From positions 1-35,007 of the forward strand of contig JAFGVM010000083.1 of the NCBI GenBank assembly GCA_016937995.1: DNA of 35,007 bases. Direction: 5' to 3'. The notes beneath the pieces are model-generated. The model was not told where the DNA came from, ran no database searches, and saw only the letters and a list, made by a program, of their open reading frames with translations. Positions 1-9,268 of this stretch are shown one piece after another (position 1 is the first letter of the stretch; every line of letters begins with the position of its first letter). The stretch is from Candidatus Delongbacteria bacterium. GTDB taxonomy: Bacteria; UBA4055. The translations under genes and the position numbers were made by a program.

Positions 1-87
1 GAAGTAAGAAGTAAGAAGTAAGAAGTAAGAAGTAAGAAGTAAGAAGTAAGAAGTAAGAAGTAAGAAGTAAGAAGTAAGAAGTAAGAA
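1..87. repeat. Perfect heptamer tandem repeat (GAAGTAA)12 plus a partial copy, running off the window start
   Basis: Twelve exact GAAGTAA copies at 1-84, then GAA at 85-87; read directly. Confidence 0.98.
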
Positions 88-88
88 A

Positions 89-120
89 TTCACAGTTCAT
101 AGTTCATAACTCATAACTCA
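89..120. repeat. Degenerate heptamer tandem repeat TTCACAG-TTCATAG-TTCATAA-CTCATAA-CTCA
   Basis: 7-nt period with one substitution per successive unit; read directly. Confidence 0.85.
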
Positions 121-126
121 AAAAAA

Positions 127-1455
127 ATGTCTGCAAAATTCTTTTATAACAGCTATGCAAAATTCTCTAAAAGGGGAAGAAAGATCAGATTATCTGTAAC
201 CCCTTTTGGTCTGCTTGTTGTATCTATATGCATAATAAGCGGTTTTGCCGGTTTGAATTTAACAGTTTCATTTTTGTACAGACTGTTTACACTTTCTTTA
301 TCTCTCCTTATAATTTCTTACCTGTCCAGGAATAAAGATTTTGACAATATTCAGATAAAACTTTTTTTTTCTAAACAATTTCCTGTTGGAGAAAGGGCAA
401 AATACTTAATTAAAATTTACAACTACCGTAAGGCTGATATTCATGACATCTGTATTATTCCAGTGGTGAAGGAAATTATTCCGACTCTTGATGAGTTTGT
501 TAACGTAAAAGAACCGAACGAAGATAAAAGAAATATCTGGGACAGGAATGTTTATACTTACAGGTGGATGTGGCATATAATCAGATTATTTAAAGCAGAA
601 TTCCATGCGATAGATGTAAAAACTGTTAGTGCCGGTTCTTTTTATGAGTGTGATTCCGTTTTTGAACCAGTAAAAAGAGGGAAAATATATATTACCGGTG
701 TATTTATTACCAAGAAAGATATTTTTGGTTTGTTCAATACTTCTAAATATTTTGAACTAAATGAAAATATTACTATTCTACCCAGAAGATATGAGATCGA
801 TAAAAAAACCGTTAACAGTATCAAATCTGATATTGATAGAACAAAAAATTCATTATACAACATTTTGCATAAACATAAAACAGGTGATTTTATTGGACTG
901 CGTAGTTATGTTCCTGGAGATCCTATCAGGAATATACATTGGAAATCTTGGGCAAAAACAAACAGACCGACTGTAATAGAGAAAGGATTTGGTAAAGTAA
1001 ATGAATTTAATATTGTACTTTTTAATCTCATCAGCACCGAGAATAATAATTCTGCTATAAAATTCGAGGATTCTCTATCATTCGTATATTCACTGCTGGA
1101 ATATTTTTCTAAGAACTGGTTCACAGTTAACTTCTATTACTTTCATAAAAATGAATTGAAGAGTATAACGGCATGTAATGACAAAGGTAATTATCCAATT
1201 CTTAACGAGATCATCTGCAGGATCGACTATTATATAGTTGCTGAAATAGAAAAAATAACAAATCAGTTAAAAAAGAAACTGAAAAAACATTCAAATACAT
1301 TCATTATTCTAACTGAGGATAATGAAAATATCATTAGATCGATCAAGTATTTTGATCCGATTATTGCTTCAAACACCGATAAGGAAACTAATAAAAATAG
1401 AATGATAAGAATACCTGAAGTGAATACAAATGTTGAACAAATAACTATATTATGA
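127..1455 (+). CDS. DUF58 domain membrane protein (MoxR-associated family)
   Basis: Two N-terminal hydrophobic helices; DUF58 signature GDFIGLRSYVPGDPIRNIHWKSWAK; ATGA overlap with the next gene. Confidence 0.88.
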   Translation: MSAKFFYNSYAKFSKRGRKIRLSVTPFGLLVVSICIISGFAGLNLTVSFLYRLFTLSLSLLIISYLSRNKDFDNIQIKLFFSKQFPVGERAKYLIKIYNYRKADIHDICIIPVVKEIIPTLDEFVNVKEPNEDKRNIWDRNVYTYRWMWHIIRLFKAEFHAIDVKTVSAGSFYECDSVFEPVKRGKIYITGVFITKKDIFGLFNTSKYFELNENITILPRRYEIDKKTVNSIKSDIDRTKNSLYNILHKHKTGDFIGLRSYVPGDPIRNIHWKSWAKTNRPTVIEKGFGKVNEFNIVLFNLISTENNNSAIKFEDSLSFVYSLLEYFSKNWFTVNFYYFHKNELKSITACNDKGNYPILNEIICRIDYYIVAEIEKITNQLKKKLKKHSNTFIILTEDNENIIRSIKYFDPIIASNTDKETNKNRMIRIPEVNTNVEQITIL

Positions 1456-3365
1456 GAAAGTATCCTTTTCTAATATCTTTTGCTCTGCTATACTGGGGAA
1501 TAAATACAGACAATCTTCTTATTGCCCTTATTTTCATGATACTGCTAGAATCTCACAGACTGATCAAATTCAGATGGGATTTTTCAACTAATGATTTCAA
1601 CATGATATCCGTACTTTCAACACTGGGCTCGATTGGATATTTGATATACTATTCTAACTCATCTCAGGAAACCGGATTTATTTCCTCTTTTCTTATTTTT
1701 CTTCCAGTGTTATTATTTCCTCTTAATTTTTTTTATCTGTACAGCACTTCTGAAAATATAAATGCAAAAAAACTCTTTCTGTTGTTCGTAGTTAACAAGT
1801 ATTCAATAGTTCATCCTTATACAAAAAGGTTCAGACCTGATTATATTTTCTTTTGCAGTTTGTTGATAGGCGGGAGTATTTCAGCAGGGCTCTATTCCTT
1901 TCCTGTTATGATATTACTGATTCTACCGTTACTTTTTATCAACAGGTCACAGAATTATAAATTTATAACATGGTTCTTAAGTTTATTGATTGTCATTTCG
2001 ATCGCTTTGATACTGCAGATATCCATGTCAAAAACCTTTTACTTTATTAAATATCTTGCAACGGATATCTATATAAATAATTTCATGAAGCACACTAACC
2101 GGAACAGCACAATTGGAAGTATCGGTGATAAAAAAAATGACTATAGAATTGAATTAAGAATGAAAATTTATGATAACAATAAACCTTTTTATCATTTAAA
2201 AGAAAATATTTACAACTTCTATCATTTCGGAACATGGCAATCACACAAAAGTGAAAATAAAAATTTTTCTCAGATCTATTTTGAATACGGGAATACCAAA
2301 CTTGATTCTATGAGAATATTCTTCTTCTCATCCGGGAGAAGGTCCCGGGTAAAATCAAATTTTAAAACAAGTAATATTTCGGGTATAAGTGAAAATGATA
2401 TGAGCATGAATTCACTCGGTACTATTACCGTTAAAGACCCACAATATCTTGTTGATTATAAGGTTTATTCCAGAAAAGATCCTATAACATATCTTTTCGG
2501 TGATCCCAATGAAATTGACCTTCAGTTAAATCCGGTTGATAAAAATTTAGTTCAACCGATAATTGACTCTCTGGGCTTAAGAGAACTGCCATTCAAAAAG
2601 ATCAACAGAAAGTTATCAAATTATTTTATTTCAAATTATAGATATTCCCTGGATTACATAAAACAGAAAGATCATAGCAAGTTACAAAATTTTATTACTG
2701 ATAAAAAAGGTCATTGCGAGCTTTTTGCAACATTAACATGCCTGATATACAGAGAATTGGGTTATCCGAGCAGATATGTGACCGGTTATCTTGTCAGTGA
2801 GTACGATGACACAAAAGATCTATACATTGCCAGGCAGAAAGACAGACATGCCTGGGTCTATGCTAATGATAATGAGGGCAACTGGTTTGAATACGACACT
2901 ACCCCACCGGATATTTTTATGAACAGGTCCGGTTCCGGGATCTTGGGAGGTGTTTATGACTTTGTATCGAACCTGTATTATAAAGCTTTTCTATTCAAGG
3001 CTGAAAACAATGAATTATTCAAGAATATTTTACTCCTGTCAATAATCCCTTTAGCATTGTTTCTTCTTTACAGGATACTTCGTGGTGTAAGGTATAAAAG
3101 TGATATTAAAAAAAATACGATCATATCTCATTATGAAGTGATCAAGGAACTTTATCAGATCCGGGAAAAATTAAAAGATCCTAAAATAGATGATCATGAA
3201 ACTTTAGCGAAATGGTTCGAACGAATTGGAACTGGTCGCAGGAATGAGGAGATCGATAAGCTAAAGAATGTTCAAAGTTTATACTATAATAAAAGATATT
3301 TTCCTGAAGGATTTACAAAAGAACTTGATGAAAAATTAAAAAAATATATTGAAGACATAACTTAG
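1452..3365 (+). CDS. Polytopic membrane transglutaminase-like protein (TgpA-like)
   Basis: Multi-TM N-terminus; Cys-His-Asp core motifs GHCELFA, RYVTGY, HAWV and WFEYDTTP; C-terminal TM helix; usual DUF58 partner. Confidence 0.88.
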   Translation: MRKYPFLISFALLYWGINTDNLLIALIFMILLESHRLIKFRWDFSTNDFNMISVLSTLGSIGYLIYYSNSSQETGFISSFLIFLPVLLFPLNFFYLYSTSENINAKKLFLLFVVNKYSIVHPYTKRFRPDYIFFCSLLIGGSISAGLYSFPVMILLILPLLFINRSQNYKFITWFLSLLIVISIALILQISMSKTFYFIKYLATDIYINNFMKHTNRNSTIGSIGDKKNDYRIELRMKIYDNNKPFYHLKENIYNFYHFGTWQSHKSENKNFSQIYFEYGNTKLDSMRIFFFSSGRRSRVKSNFKTSNISGISENDMSMNSLGTITVKDPQYLVDYKVYSRKDPITYLFGDPNEIDLQLNPVDKNLVQPIIDSLGLRELPFKKINRKLSNYFISNYRYSLDYIKQKDHSKLQNFITDKKGHCELFATLTCLIYRELGYPSRYVTGYLVSEYDDTKDLYIARQKDRHAWVYANDNEGNWFEYDTTPPDIFMNRSGSGILGGVYDFVSNLYYKAFLFKAENNELFKNILLLSIIPLALFLLYRILRGVRYKSDIKKNTIISHYEVIKELYQIREKLKDPKIDDHETLAKWFERIGTGRRNEEIDKLKNVQSLYYNKRYFPEGFTKELDEKLKKYIEDIT

Positions 3366-3386
3366 GGTTCACTTATCTGTGTACCC
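3365..3386. terminator. Possible hairpin between the convergent transglutaminase and murG genes
   Basis: GGGTTCAC-ttatct-GTGTACCC, one mismatch, no clear U-tract. Confidence 0.35.
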
Positions 3387-3394
3387 GTAACAAT

Positions 3395-5344
3395 TTATAC
3401 TTCGAAATCTTTGATCAACTGTTTAAATTTAAATACAGGAGAAAAACCGGTAGTTGTCTGCAGTATCCTGTGTAAAAATCCGTCAATAGTAGCCTTATCC
3501 TCAACAATACCTCTGTGATTCAAGTCCAGCAAAGCTTCAATTACTGCCTGTCTGACATTATTATTCGTGTTGAAGAAAATATGTGAGAATTTATTGAACT
3601 CGTTAATGTTCTTTATGAATTTTGTGTATGCAGCAACAGCGTTAATAACTATCAAAAAATTCTTATGCTTCAAAAGCCTTTCCACTTCTTTGATAATTTT
3701 TTCGTTTCCTTTTAAATTCTCAGAAAAATGACATACGTTCAGTAATCCTTCAGATACAGTTTCAAAATAATTGTCACTCAATGAATTCAGAATATCCTTC
3801 TCAACAGTTTCATTAAACCTTCCGATCTGTCTGTAAGATGTCATTATATTTCTTCTTATGAAACTCACCTGCTGATATTCACCACCTAATATCCTCTGAA
3901 TAAGTGAAACCTTTGTTTTATCATTGAATAATTTGTGTAAAAAAGGTAACTTTTCTTCAGCATAGGTCAGACCGGAGAGTTTCACAGCATAATTTCTTAC
4001 CTGCCATGAATCCGAATTGAAATAATGGCTAGTTCTATAGCGCAGATATTCAAGGTACTTGTTACTTATTACTTCATCCTTTGTCATTGATGAAAGAATA
4101 CTGATCAACTTGACAGCCCCATAATTCGCATATGGATTTTTTTCTATGATCTCTTCATTTGGATCTTTCGTGATATTATTATTGATTATCTGCACAATGA
4201 ACTCATAAATCTTATCAGTGCCTGAATCCTTGATATATTTCCTTGCATTTTCCTCAAGCTCAAGGATCCTGTCCCTGTTGTTGTAAAGTTCTCTTAATTT
4301 ATCACTCAGTTTTTTCCCGCTTACCATCACTGCAAATTCGTTATTGTCAATGATTATATCTTCATAAATCACTTCTGCCGCACCTGCATCTTTGATATTC
4401 TCAGCATTGATTACCTGATGATCTCCCGACAGATTTGCTTTCGGTATTATCAATGATGCCCTACCGCAAACTGCGATCTCATTAATAGTTCCTCCACCTC
4501 TTGTTATGATAAGATCTGCAGCTTTGTAATAATCTTTGATATTATCTGCATATTCCAATCTGCTGTAAAAAGGAAAGTCCTTTTCATCTATTGAGTTATA
4601 ACCGAACCGCCTTATTGTGTCAAGAACTCCATTATAAGCAGTAGTACCTTTTCCTGTAACATGTATAAGCTTTAGATCAGGCATATCCTTAATAAATTTC
4701 AAGCTGTCCACTATACTTCTGTTTATCGTTCTTGCACCCTGAGAACCTCCAACAGCAAAGACTACAAATGAATTTTCATCTATACCAAGTCTGTCTCTGG
4801 ACTCCTTCCTCGACCCATGCTTGAACTCATCTCTGACAGGATAACCTACATACTTACCATTTTTTTTAAAATATTCCAGACAAGATCTGTAGGAAAGCCC
4901 TACACCGTCACACATTGGACCTGCTTTTCGGATCATTTTACCCGGTTCAGCGTTAGCTTCATGCAGGAACAATTTAGCTTTGGTTAATTTGAACTTTCTT
5001 AATAGTCTTCCTGCAAATATAGGCGAAGCTGAAACAAATCCGCCTGTTCCAATAATTATATTGGGCCTGAAAAATATAATGTGGTAACAGCTTTTAAAGA
5101 CTCCTAAAAACAATGACAGTATGAATGTAATGAACTGTAAACTGAATTTTGAACCCGGAAGACCTGATGCAGGAATATACTTTATCTTATATCCTTTTGC
5201 CGGAACTATCTTTGATTCGATCTTTCCATAAGCTCCGATATATAAAAATTTAGCATCTTTATCTTTTTCTTTGATATGTTCCGCTATGGCAAGTGCGGGA
5301 TAAACATGTCCCCCTGTGCCTCCACCTGTCAAAATATATTTCAT
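3395..5344 (-). CDS. murG: MurG glycosyltransferase (GT28) with a ~260-aa C-terminal HEAT-like extension
   Basis: Motifs GGGTGGHVYP, GTGGFVS, HEANAEPG, GYPVR, GGSQGA and DHQVINA; 649 aa against the usual ~360 aa. Confidence 0.88.
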   Translation of the reverse strand: MKYILTGGGTGGHVYPALAIAEHIKEKDKDAKFLYIGAYGKIESKIVPAKGYKIKYIPASGLPGSKFSLQFITFILSLFLGVFKSCYHIIFFRPNIIIGTGGFVSASPIFAGRLLRKFKLTKAKLFLHEANAEPGKMIRKAGPMCDGVGLSYRSCLEYFKKNGKYVGYPVRDEFKHGSRKESRDRLGIDENSFVVFAVGGSQGARTINRSIVDSLKFIKDMPDLKLIHVTGKGTTAYNGVLDTIRRFGYNSIDEKDFPFYSRLEYADNIKDYYKAADLIITRGGGTINEIAVCGRASLIIPKANLSGDHQVINAENIKDAGAAEVIYEDIIIDNNEFAVMVSGKKLSDKLRELYNNRDRILELEENARKYIKDSGTDKIYEFIVQIINNNITKDPNEEIIEKNPYANYGAVKLISILSSMTKDEVISNKYLEYLRYRTSHYFNSDSWQVRNYAVKLSGLTYAEEKLPFLHKLFNDKTKVSLIQRILGGEYQQVSFIRRNIMTSYRQIGRFNETVEKDILNSLSDNYFETVSEGLLNVCHFSENLKGNEKIIKEVERLLKHKNFLIVINAVAAYTKFIKNINEFNKFSHIFFNTNNNVRQAVIEALLDLNHRGIVEDKATIDGFLHRILQTTTGFSPVFKFKQLIKDFEV

Positions 5345-5377
5345 AGTAGTATCACTTTAGTTTTTACTGTCCCTGAA

Positions 5378-5406
5378 AAGATATATTTATGAGATGATTT
5401 TATCAA
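5378..5406 (-). promoter_or_regulatory. Putative sigma70-type promoter of murG
   Basis: TTGATA-N17-TATCTT on the minus strand, about 35 nt upstream of the ATG. Confidence 0.5.
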
Positions 5407-5472
5407 TGAAATTAATTATGTAAATTCGATTATTCTTTTTTGCCGGTGTAATACCTTGATCATTCCTGCCTG

Positions 5473-5488
5473 TCCCGATTTATCGGGA
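5473..5488. repeat. Small extragenic palindrome TCCCGAT-TT-ATCGGGA
   Basis: Perfect 7-bp inverted repeat, GC-rich relative to its surroundings. Confidence 0.6.
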
Positions 5489-5505
5489 TGTTGAATATTG
5501 AATAT

Positions 5506-5540
5506 TCAGTAGAGGAACGCATTCCTGCGTTCCCTACTGA
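5506..5540. repeat. GTAG-type REP-like palindrome just downstream of iorB
   Basis: TCAGTAG(A)GGAACGCA-ttcc-TGCGTTCCCTACTGA; the minus strand reads GTAGGGAACGCAGGAATGCGTTCC, a GTAG tetranucleotide followed by a hairpin. Confidence 0.65.
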
Positions 5541-5543
5541 CCA

Positions 5544-6104
5544 CTATAACAATTTTAGATTTTTCTCCAGTCCTTTTCCCTGCATAAGCTCTGTTAAAGA
5601 TTCAACAACAAATTTTTTTGAAAATCCATCGATCCATTCAAGTTTTATCAGTTCAGATATCAATACAACATTCTGCATTCTCGGATCAGGAACATCATCT
5701 CGAAATACTCTGACCACCTGACCATGTTTTGATTTCACCGCGATCTCGAATTCATCCATATCCGGATACTTTTGAGTTCCAAGTCTGTTATCCACGGTCT
5801 GATACCGAACATCATAAAAAATAACTTTACCCTCATCCTTCATCATTGTGTGAACAGCTCTGAGCGCTTCCAGCCTTTCAAGAGCTATAACAATGTCAGC
5901 CTGTCCTGGTGGAACAAGCGGAGTATGAACTTTTTTACCTATCCTGAGATGAGAAACAACTGTTCCACCTCTCTGAGCTAGTCCGTGAGTATCAACACCT
6001 TTTACTTCATAACCTGCTTTACTGCAGGTCCTTATCATCATCTCAGCTAATAGACCGATGCCCTGACCACCTACTCCACACATATATATATTGAATTCTT
6101 TCAT
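5544..6104 (-). CDS. iorB: Indolepyruvate:ferredoxin oxidoreductase beta subunit
   Basis: GVGGQG and THGLAQRGGTVVSHLRIG motifs; TAATG coupling to iorA. Confidence 0.9.
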   Translation of the reverse strand: MKEFNIYMCGVGGQGIGLLAEMMIRTCSKAGYEVKGVDTHGLAQRGGTVVSHLRIGKKVHTPLVPPGQADIVIALERLEALRAVHTMMKDEGKVIFYDVRYQTVDNRLGTQKYPDMDEFEIAVKSKHGQVVRVFRDDVPDPRMQNVVLISELIKLEWIDGFSKKFVVESLTELMQGKGLEKNLKLL

Positions 6105-7987
6105 TATTTCCCCTCCTTGTCAAAATCTATCGCTGTTACAGGACATGTCTGCTTACATGATCCGTCTCCTATACAAAGATCCTCATTCACAGTGATCTTA
6201 CCATCATCATTCCTTATGAACGAAGGGCATGCAAAATCCTCTAAACAAACATTATGATTTTCACATATATTCTGATCCACAATAACATGCTTTGCAGTAT
6301 AACTATCTTTCTTTCGCTGTCCACGCATGAATTTCAGCATACAAGGATGACTTGCAATTACAACTGCAAAACCTTTGTGATCCATTGCTTCTTTAACATA
6401 TTCTGTAAGTTTCTTCTGCTGGTAAGTATCCACTCTTTTAAGAAATTTTACTCCGAGCGATTCAAGAACTTTATCAATAGATATTTTTTCACCTATCTCT
6501 CCTGTTCCGGCATGTGGCTGATGACCTGTCATAGCAGTTGTTCCGTTCTCCATAACTACAAGCGTGAAATCATGATCATAAAGAACAGCATTTATTATAG
6601 CTGGAAGTCCTGCATGGAAAAATGTTGAATCTCCAATGAAACCGAGTACTTTTCTAGTTTTATTACCAATTGAAAGACCTGCTGCTGTTCCGCTGGAGTG
6701 ACCCATTGAAAGAAGCATCTGCCCCATGTTGTAAGGTTTGAAGAAACCGAGTGAATGACAACCTATATCACCTACAGTGATCGCGTCAGCAGGTAAAGCC
6801 TGTTTAATCGCATGGAAAGCCGATCTGTGACCGCATCCGGGACACATCTGAGGTATCCTATGGTTAGTGAAAGAAGAAGCGGCTGTGGTTTCTTTTACAG
6901 GGAATTCAACAGGCCATACCTCTGAAATTATTTTCCAGGTTCTCTCTGGACCGAGTTCTCCCATAAGATCTTCACTGTCCGACCTTGTATGTATCTTACA
7001 ATTTATATCTTCATCATAGGCAAAACTCTTTATCTCATTTTCCATTATCCTGTCTAGCTCTTCTATAATGATAACTTCATCATGGTCTTTGAGAAAAGAT
7101 CTCACTTTTTTCCTAGGCCAGGGATAACTGAAGTTCAATGCCATAACATCTACCGGTTGTTTGACTTCATCTAGATTTTCAAGGATTGAAAGAACAGGCA
7201 TTGACGAAGATATCACTCCGAGTCTTTTACCATTTATCCTATCAGAGCCGAACGGAGAATGAATAATATTGAATTTCGAGTTTTCCGAATCTTCTTCAAT
7301 AGCAGCTATTCTCGCAATAGCTTTTCTTTTTAAAGGAAATACACTTTTTGTAATAGGCAGAAAAGGTCCGTTCTTAACATCAAACAACGTTTCATATTTA
7401 TGCTCTGCTGTGTTGATCTTTCCGAATTTTATTATTTCTTTCGCATGACATACATGAGTGGTCATCCTCAGGAACACAGGTATCTGATGTTTCTTAGAAA
7501 GCTCAGCAGCATCATGGAAAGCATGATAAGCTTCGGTCGGAGTTGCAGGTTCAATTGTAGGAATGTATGCCATTCTTGCAAAGTGACGGTTATCCTGTTC
7601 ATTTTGGGATGAGTTTGCACCAGGATCGTCTCCGAGAATTATTACCAGTCCACCTACCATGTTCATCAACCCCAGCTGGACTGCTGAGTCGGAAGCTACG
7701 TTCAGGCCTACAGATTTGAAGAATACAACAGACAGATGTCCGTTTATTGTTGAACCGAAAGCTATCTCAGTAGCTACTTTTTCATTAGTGGCATATTCAA
7801 AATGTAACGGTCTTTTATACACAGGTACAGATAGAATAGCATCCGCTATCTCAGGAGTTGGTGAACCGGGATAGGTGGTCACTACTTTAACACCGGCTTC
7901 GAACATTGCTCTTGCCAGTGCATGGTTACCCATTATGAGCCCTTCCCATGGTTCTGGATCAATTATCATATCAGCAAACTTTTTCAT
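6104..7987 (-). CDS. iorA: Indolepyruvate:ferredoxin oxidoreductase alpha subunit
   Basis: YPGSPTPEI, NEKVATE, DDPGANSSQNEQDNR, CPGCGHR, GDIGC, TPP motif GDSTFFH...NGTTAMTGHQP and a C-terminal ferredoxin-like domain. Confidence 0.93.
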   Translation of the reverse strand: MKKFADMIIDPEPWEGLIMGNHALARAMFEAGVKVVTTYPGSPTPEIADAILSVPVYKRPLHFEYATNEKVATEIAFGSTINGHLSVVFFKSVGLNVASDSAVQLGLMNMVGGLVIILGDDPGANSSQNEQDNRHFARMAYIPTIEPATPTEAYHAFHDAAELSKKHQIPVFLRMTTHVCHAKEIIKFGKINTAEHKYETLFDVKNGPFLPITKSVFPLKRKAIARIAAIEEDSENSKFNIIHSPFGSDRINGKRLGVISSSMPVLSILENLDEVKQPVDVMALNFSYPWPRKKVRSFLKDHDEVIIIEELDRIMENEIKSFAYDEDINCKIHTRSDSEDLMGELGPERTWKIISEVWPVEFPVKETTAASSFTNHRIPQMCPGCGHRSAFHAIKQALPADAITVGDIGCHSLGFFKPYNMGQMLLSMGHSSGTAAGLSIGNKTRKVLGFIGDSTFFHAGLPAIINAVLYDHDFTLVVMENGTTAMTGHQPHAGTGEIGEKISIDKVLESLGVKFLKRVDTYQQKKLTEYVKEAMDHKGFAVVIASHPCMLKFMRGQRKKDSYTAKHVIVDQNICENHNVCLEDFACPSFIRNDDGKITVNEDLCIGDGSCKQTCPVTAIDFDKEGK

Positions 7988-8334
7988 TCTTCCTCCTTTT
8001 TCTTATGGAACATTCCAATTAAGAACAGGATCATACCCAGTAACCACATCGTGAACATAGGTGATCCTAACGGACTTGTTATTCCTATCACTGAAAAGAT
8101 GAAGCCCAGATTAAAATTCACTGTTTTTTTATCCTTTTCCCCTCCAGGTGAAAGTTCTCCGTCTTTTATCTTTTTTAAAGCTAAACCGTAAATTACTGCA
8201 GTTATAAGATACTGCGCACCTTTGATGAATGCCAGATCAATTATCATCATTGCTATTCCCAATACTGCAAACAATATAGCAGATATCAGAATAATGTTCT
8301 TTAAAACTTTTGCCTTATTCATTTTGTTTTTCAT
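7984..8334 (-). CDS. Small hypothetical membrane protein (about 4 TM helices)
   Basis: Four hydrophobic segments; ATGA overlap with the iorA start. Confidence 0.7.
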   Translation of the reverse strand: MKNKMNKAKVLKNIILISAILFAVLGIAMMIIDLAFIKGAQYLITAVIYGLALKKIKDGELSPGGEKDKKTVNFNLGFIFSVIGITSPLGSPMFTMWLLGMILFLIGMFHKKKEEE

Positions 8335-8383
8335 TTGTTTTCCGATTGTTGTTGAACATTCTGTGATGGATATTCTTTTATTA

Positions 8384-9268
8384 TTATTTTATCGGCAGAT
8401 CGAACAATAAAAAATCCTCCTCTTCTTCCCAGCTTCTGAACCCGAATTGTTTGAACCATCTATTACATTCCTTATCTTTTAAATGAATTATAACGTTCAT
8501 ATGCTTCTGATGATTGATATATGTGATCTGTTTCATCTTTTGAAATAATTCTTTCGCATACCTGTCGCTATCCGCGGAAAAATAGCTGATGAAAAGCTCA
8601 TTCTTTTCTCTTACCATATAAAATCCTAAGGCTTTGATCCTTCCTTTTTTTATAATACCCAGACATTTTCCGGTTTTAATGAATTCATCTATTATCAGAT
8701 CATCCGTTACAGGATGCAGTACCCAGCTGATGTTTAAACCGTTCTTTAATAATTTGGCAGACTTTGATCTTTTAAAATAATCCAGAACAAGTTTTTCATC
8801 TTTGATGATCTCTACTCTGTTACCTTTATACACGGGTATCGACTTTAATTTTGGAAGTGTGTAGAATTTATTATTCCTCCTTTCAAGAACCTTAAAACCT
8901 ATCTTCTGGAACAGACCGATAGATTCAACGTTCCTAAAGTAAGTAGAAAAGCGAATAGTTTTAATTTTTTTATCATTTTTCAGTTTTTCTATAAAATAAT
9001 TCGAAAGAAATTTACCCACACCTTTCACACCGGATTTCAAGTCTTTTCTCAGACCTTCTATCCATGCATCATTTTCAGATACCATAGTAAGTTTTTCAAA
9101 ACCGACAAGCTTCCCTTTTTCATCAATAGCACCTACGAATTCACCTTTCTTATCTTTTACCCATTTGTCGAAGACCAAAGGAAGATAGTCATCTCCATCC
9201 CAGATATTCTTTGTTATATCTATAACACGCTTTCTGTCTTTCAAGGTCATTTTTTTAATTTTCATCAT
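8384..9268 (-). CDS. GNAT-family N-acyltransferase with a C-terminal extra domain
   Basis: IWDGDDYL, AWIEGLR, acyl-CoA loop GVKGVGKFL and NVESIGLFQKIGF motifs. Confidence 0.82.
   Translation of the reverse strand: MMKIKKMTLKDRKRVIDITKNIWDGDDYLPLVFDKWVKDKKGEFVGAIDEKGKLVGFEKLTMVSENDAWIEGLRKDLKSGVKGVGKFLSNYFIEKLKNDKKIKTIRFSTYFRNVESIGLFQKIGFKVLERRNNKFYTLPKLKSIPVYKGNRVEIIKDEKLVLDYFKRSKSAKLLKNGLNISWVLHPVTDDLIIDEFIKTGKCLGIIKKGRIKALGFYMVREKNELFISYFSADSDRYAKELFQKMKQITYINHQKHMNVIIHLKDKECNRWFKQFGFRSWEEEEDFLLFDLPIK

Noticed and set aside
1-120. CRISPR array or coding repeat at the window start
   Set aside because: The 7-nt units are contiguous with no spacers and no cas genes are present. The minus strand reads (LLLTSYF)n without stops, which follows automatically from the repeat and is not evidence of a gene.
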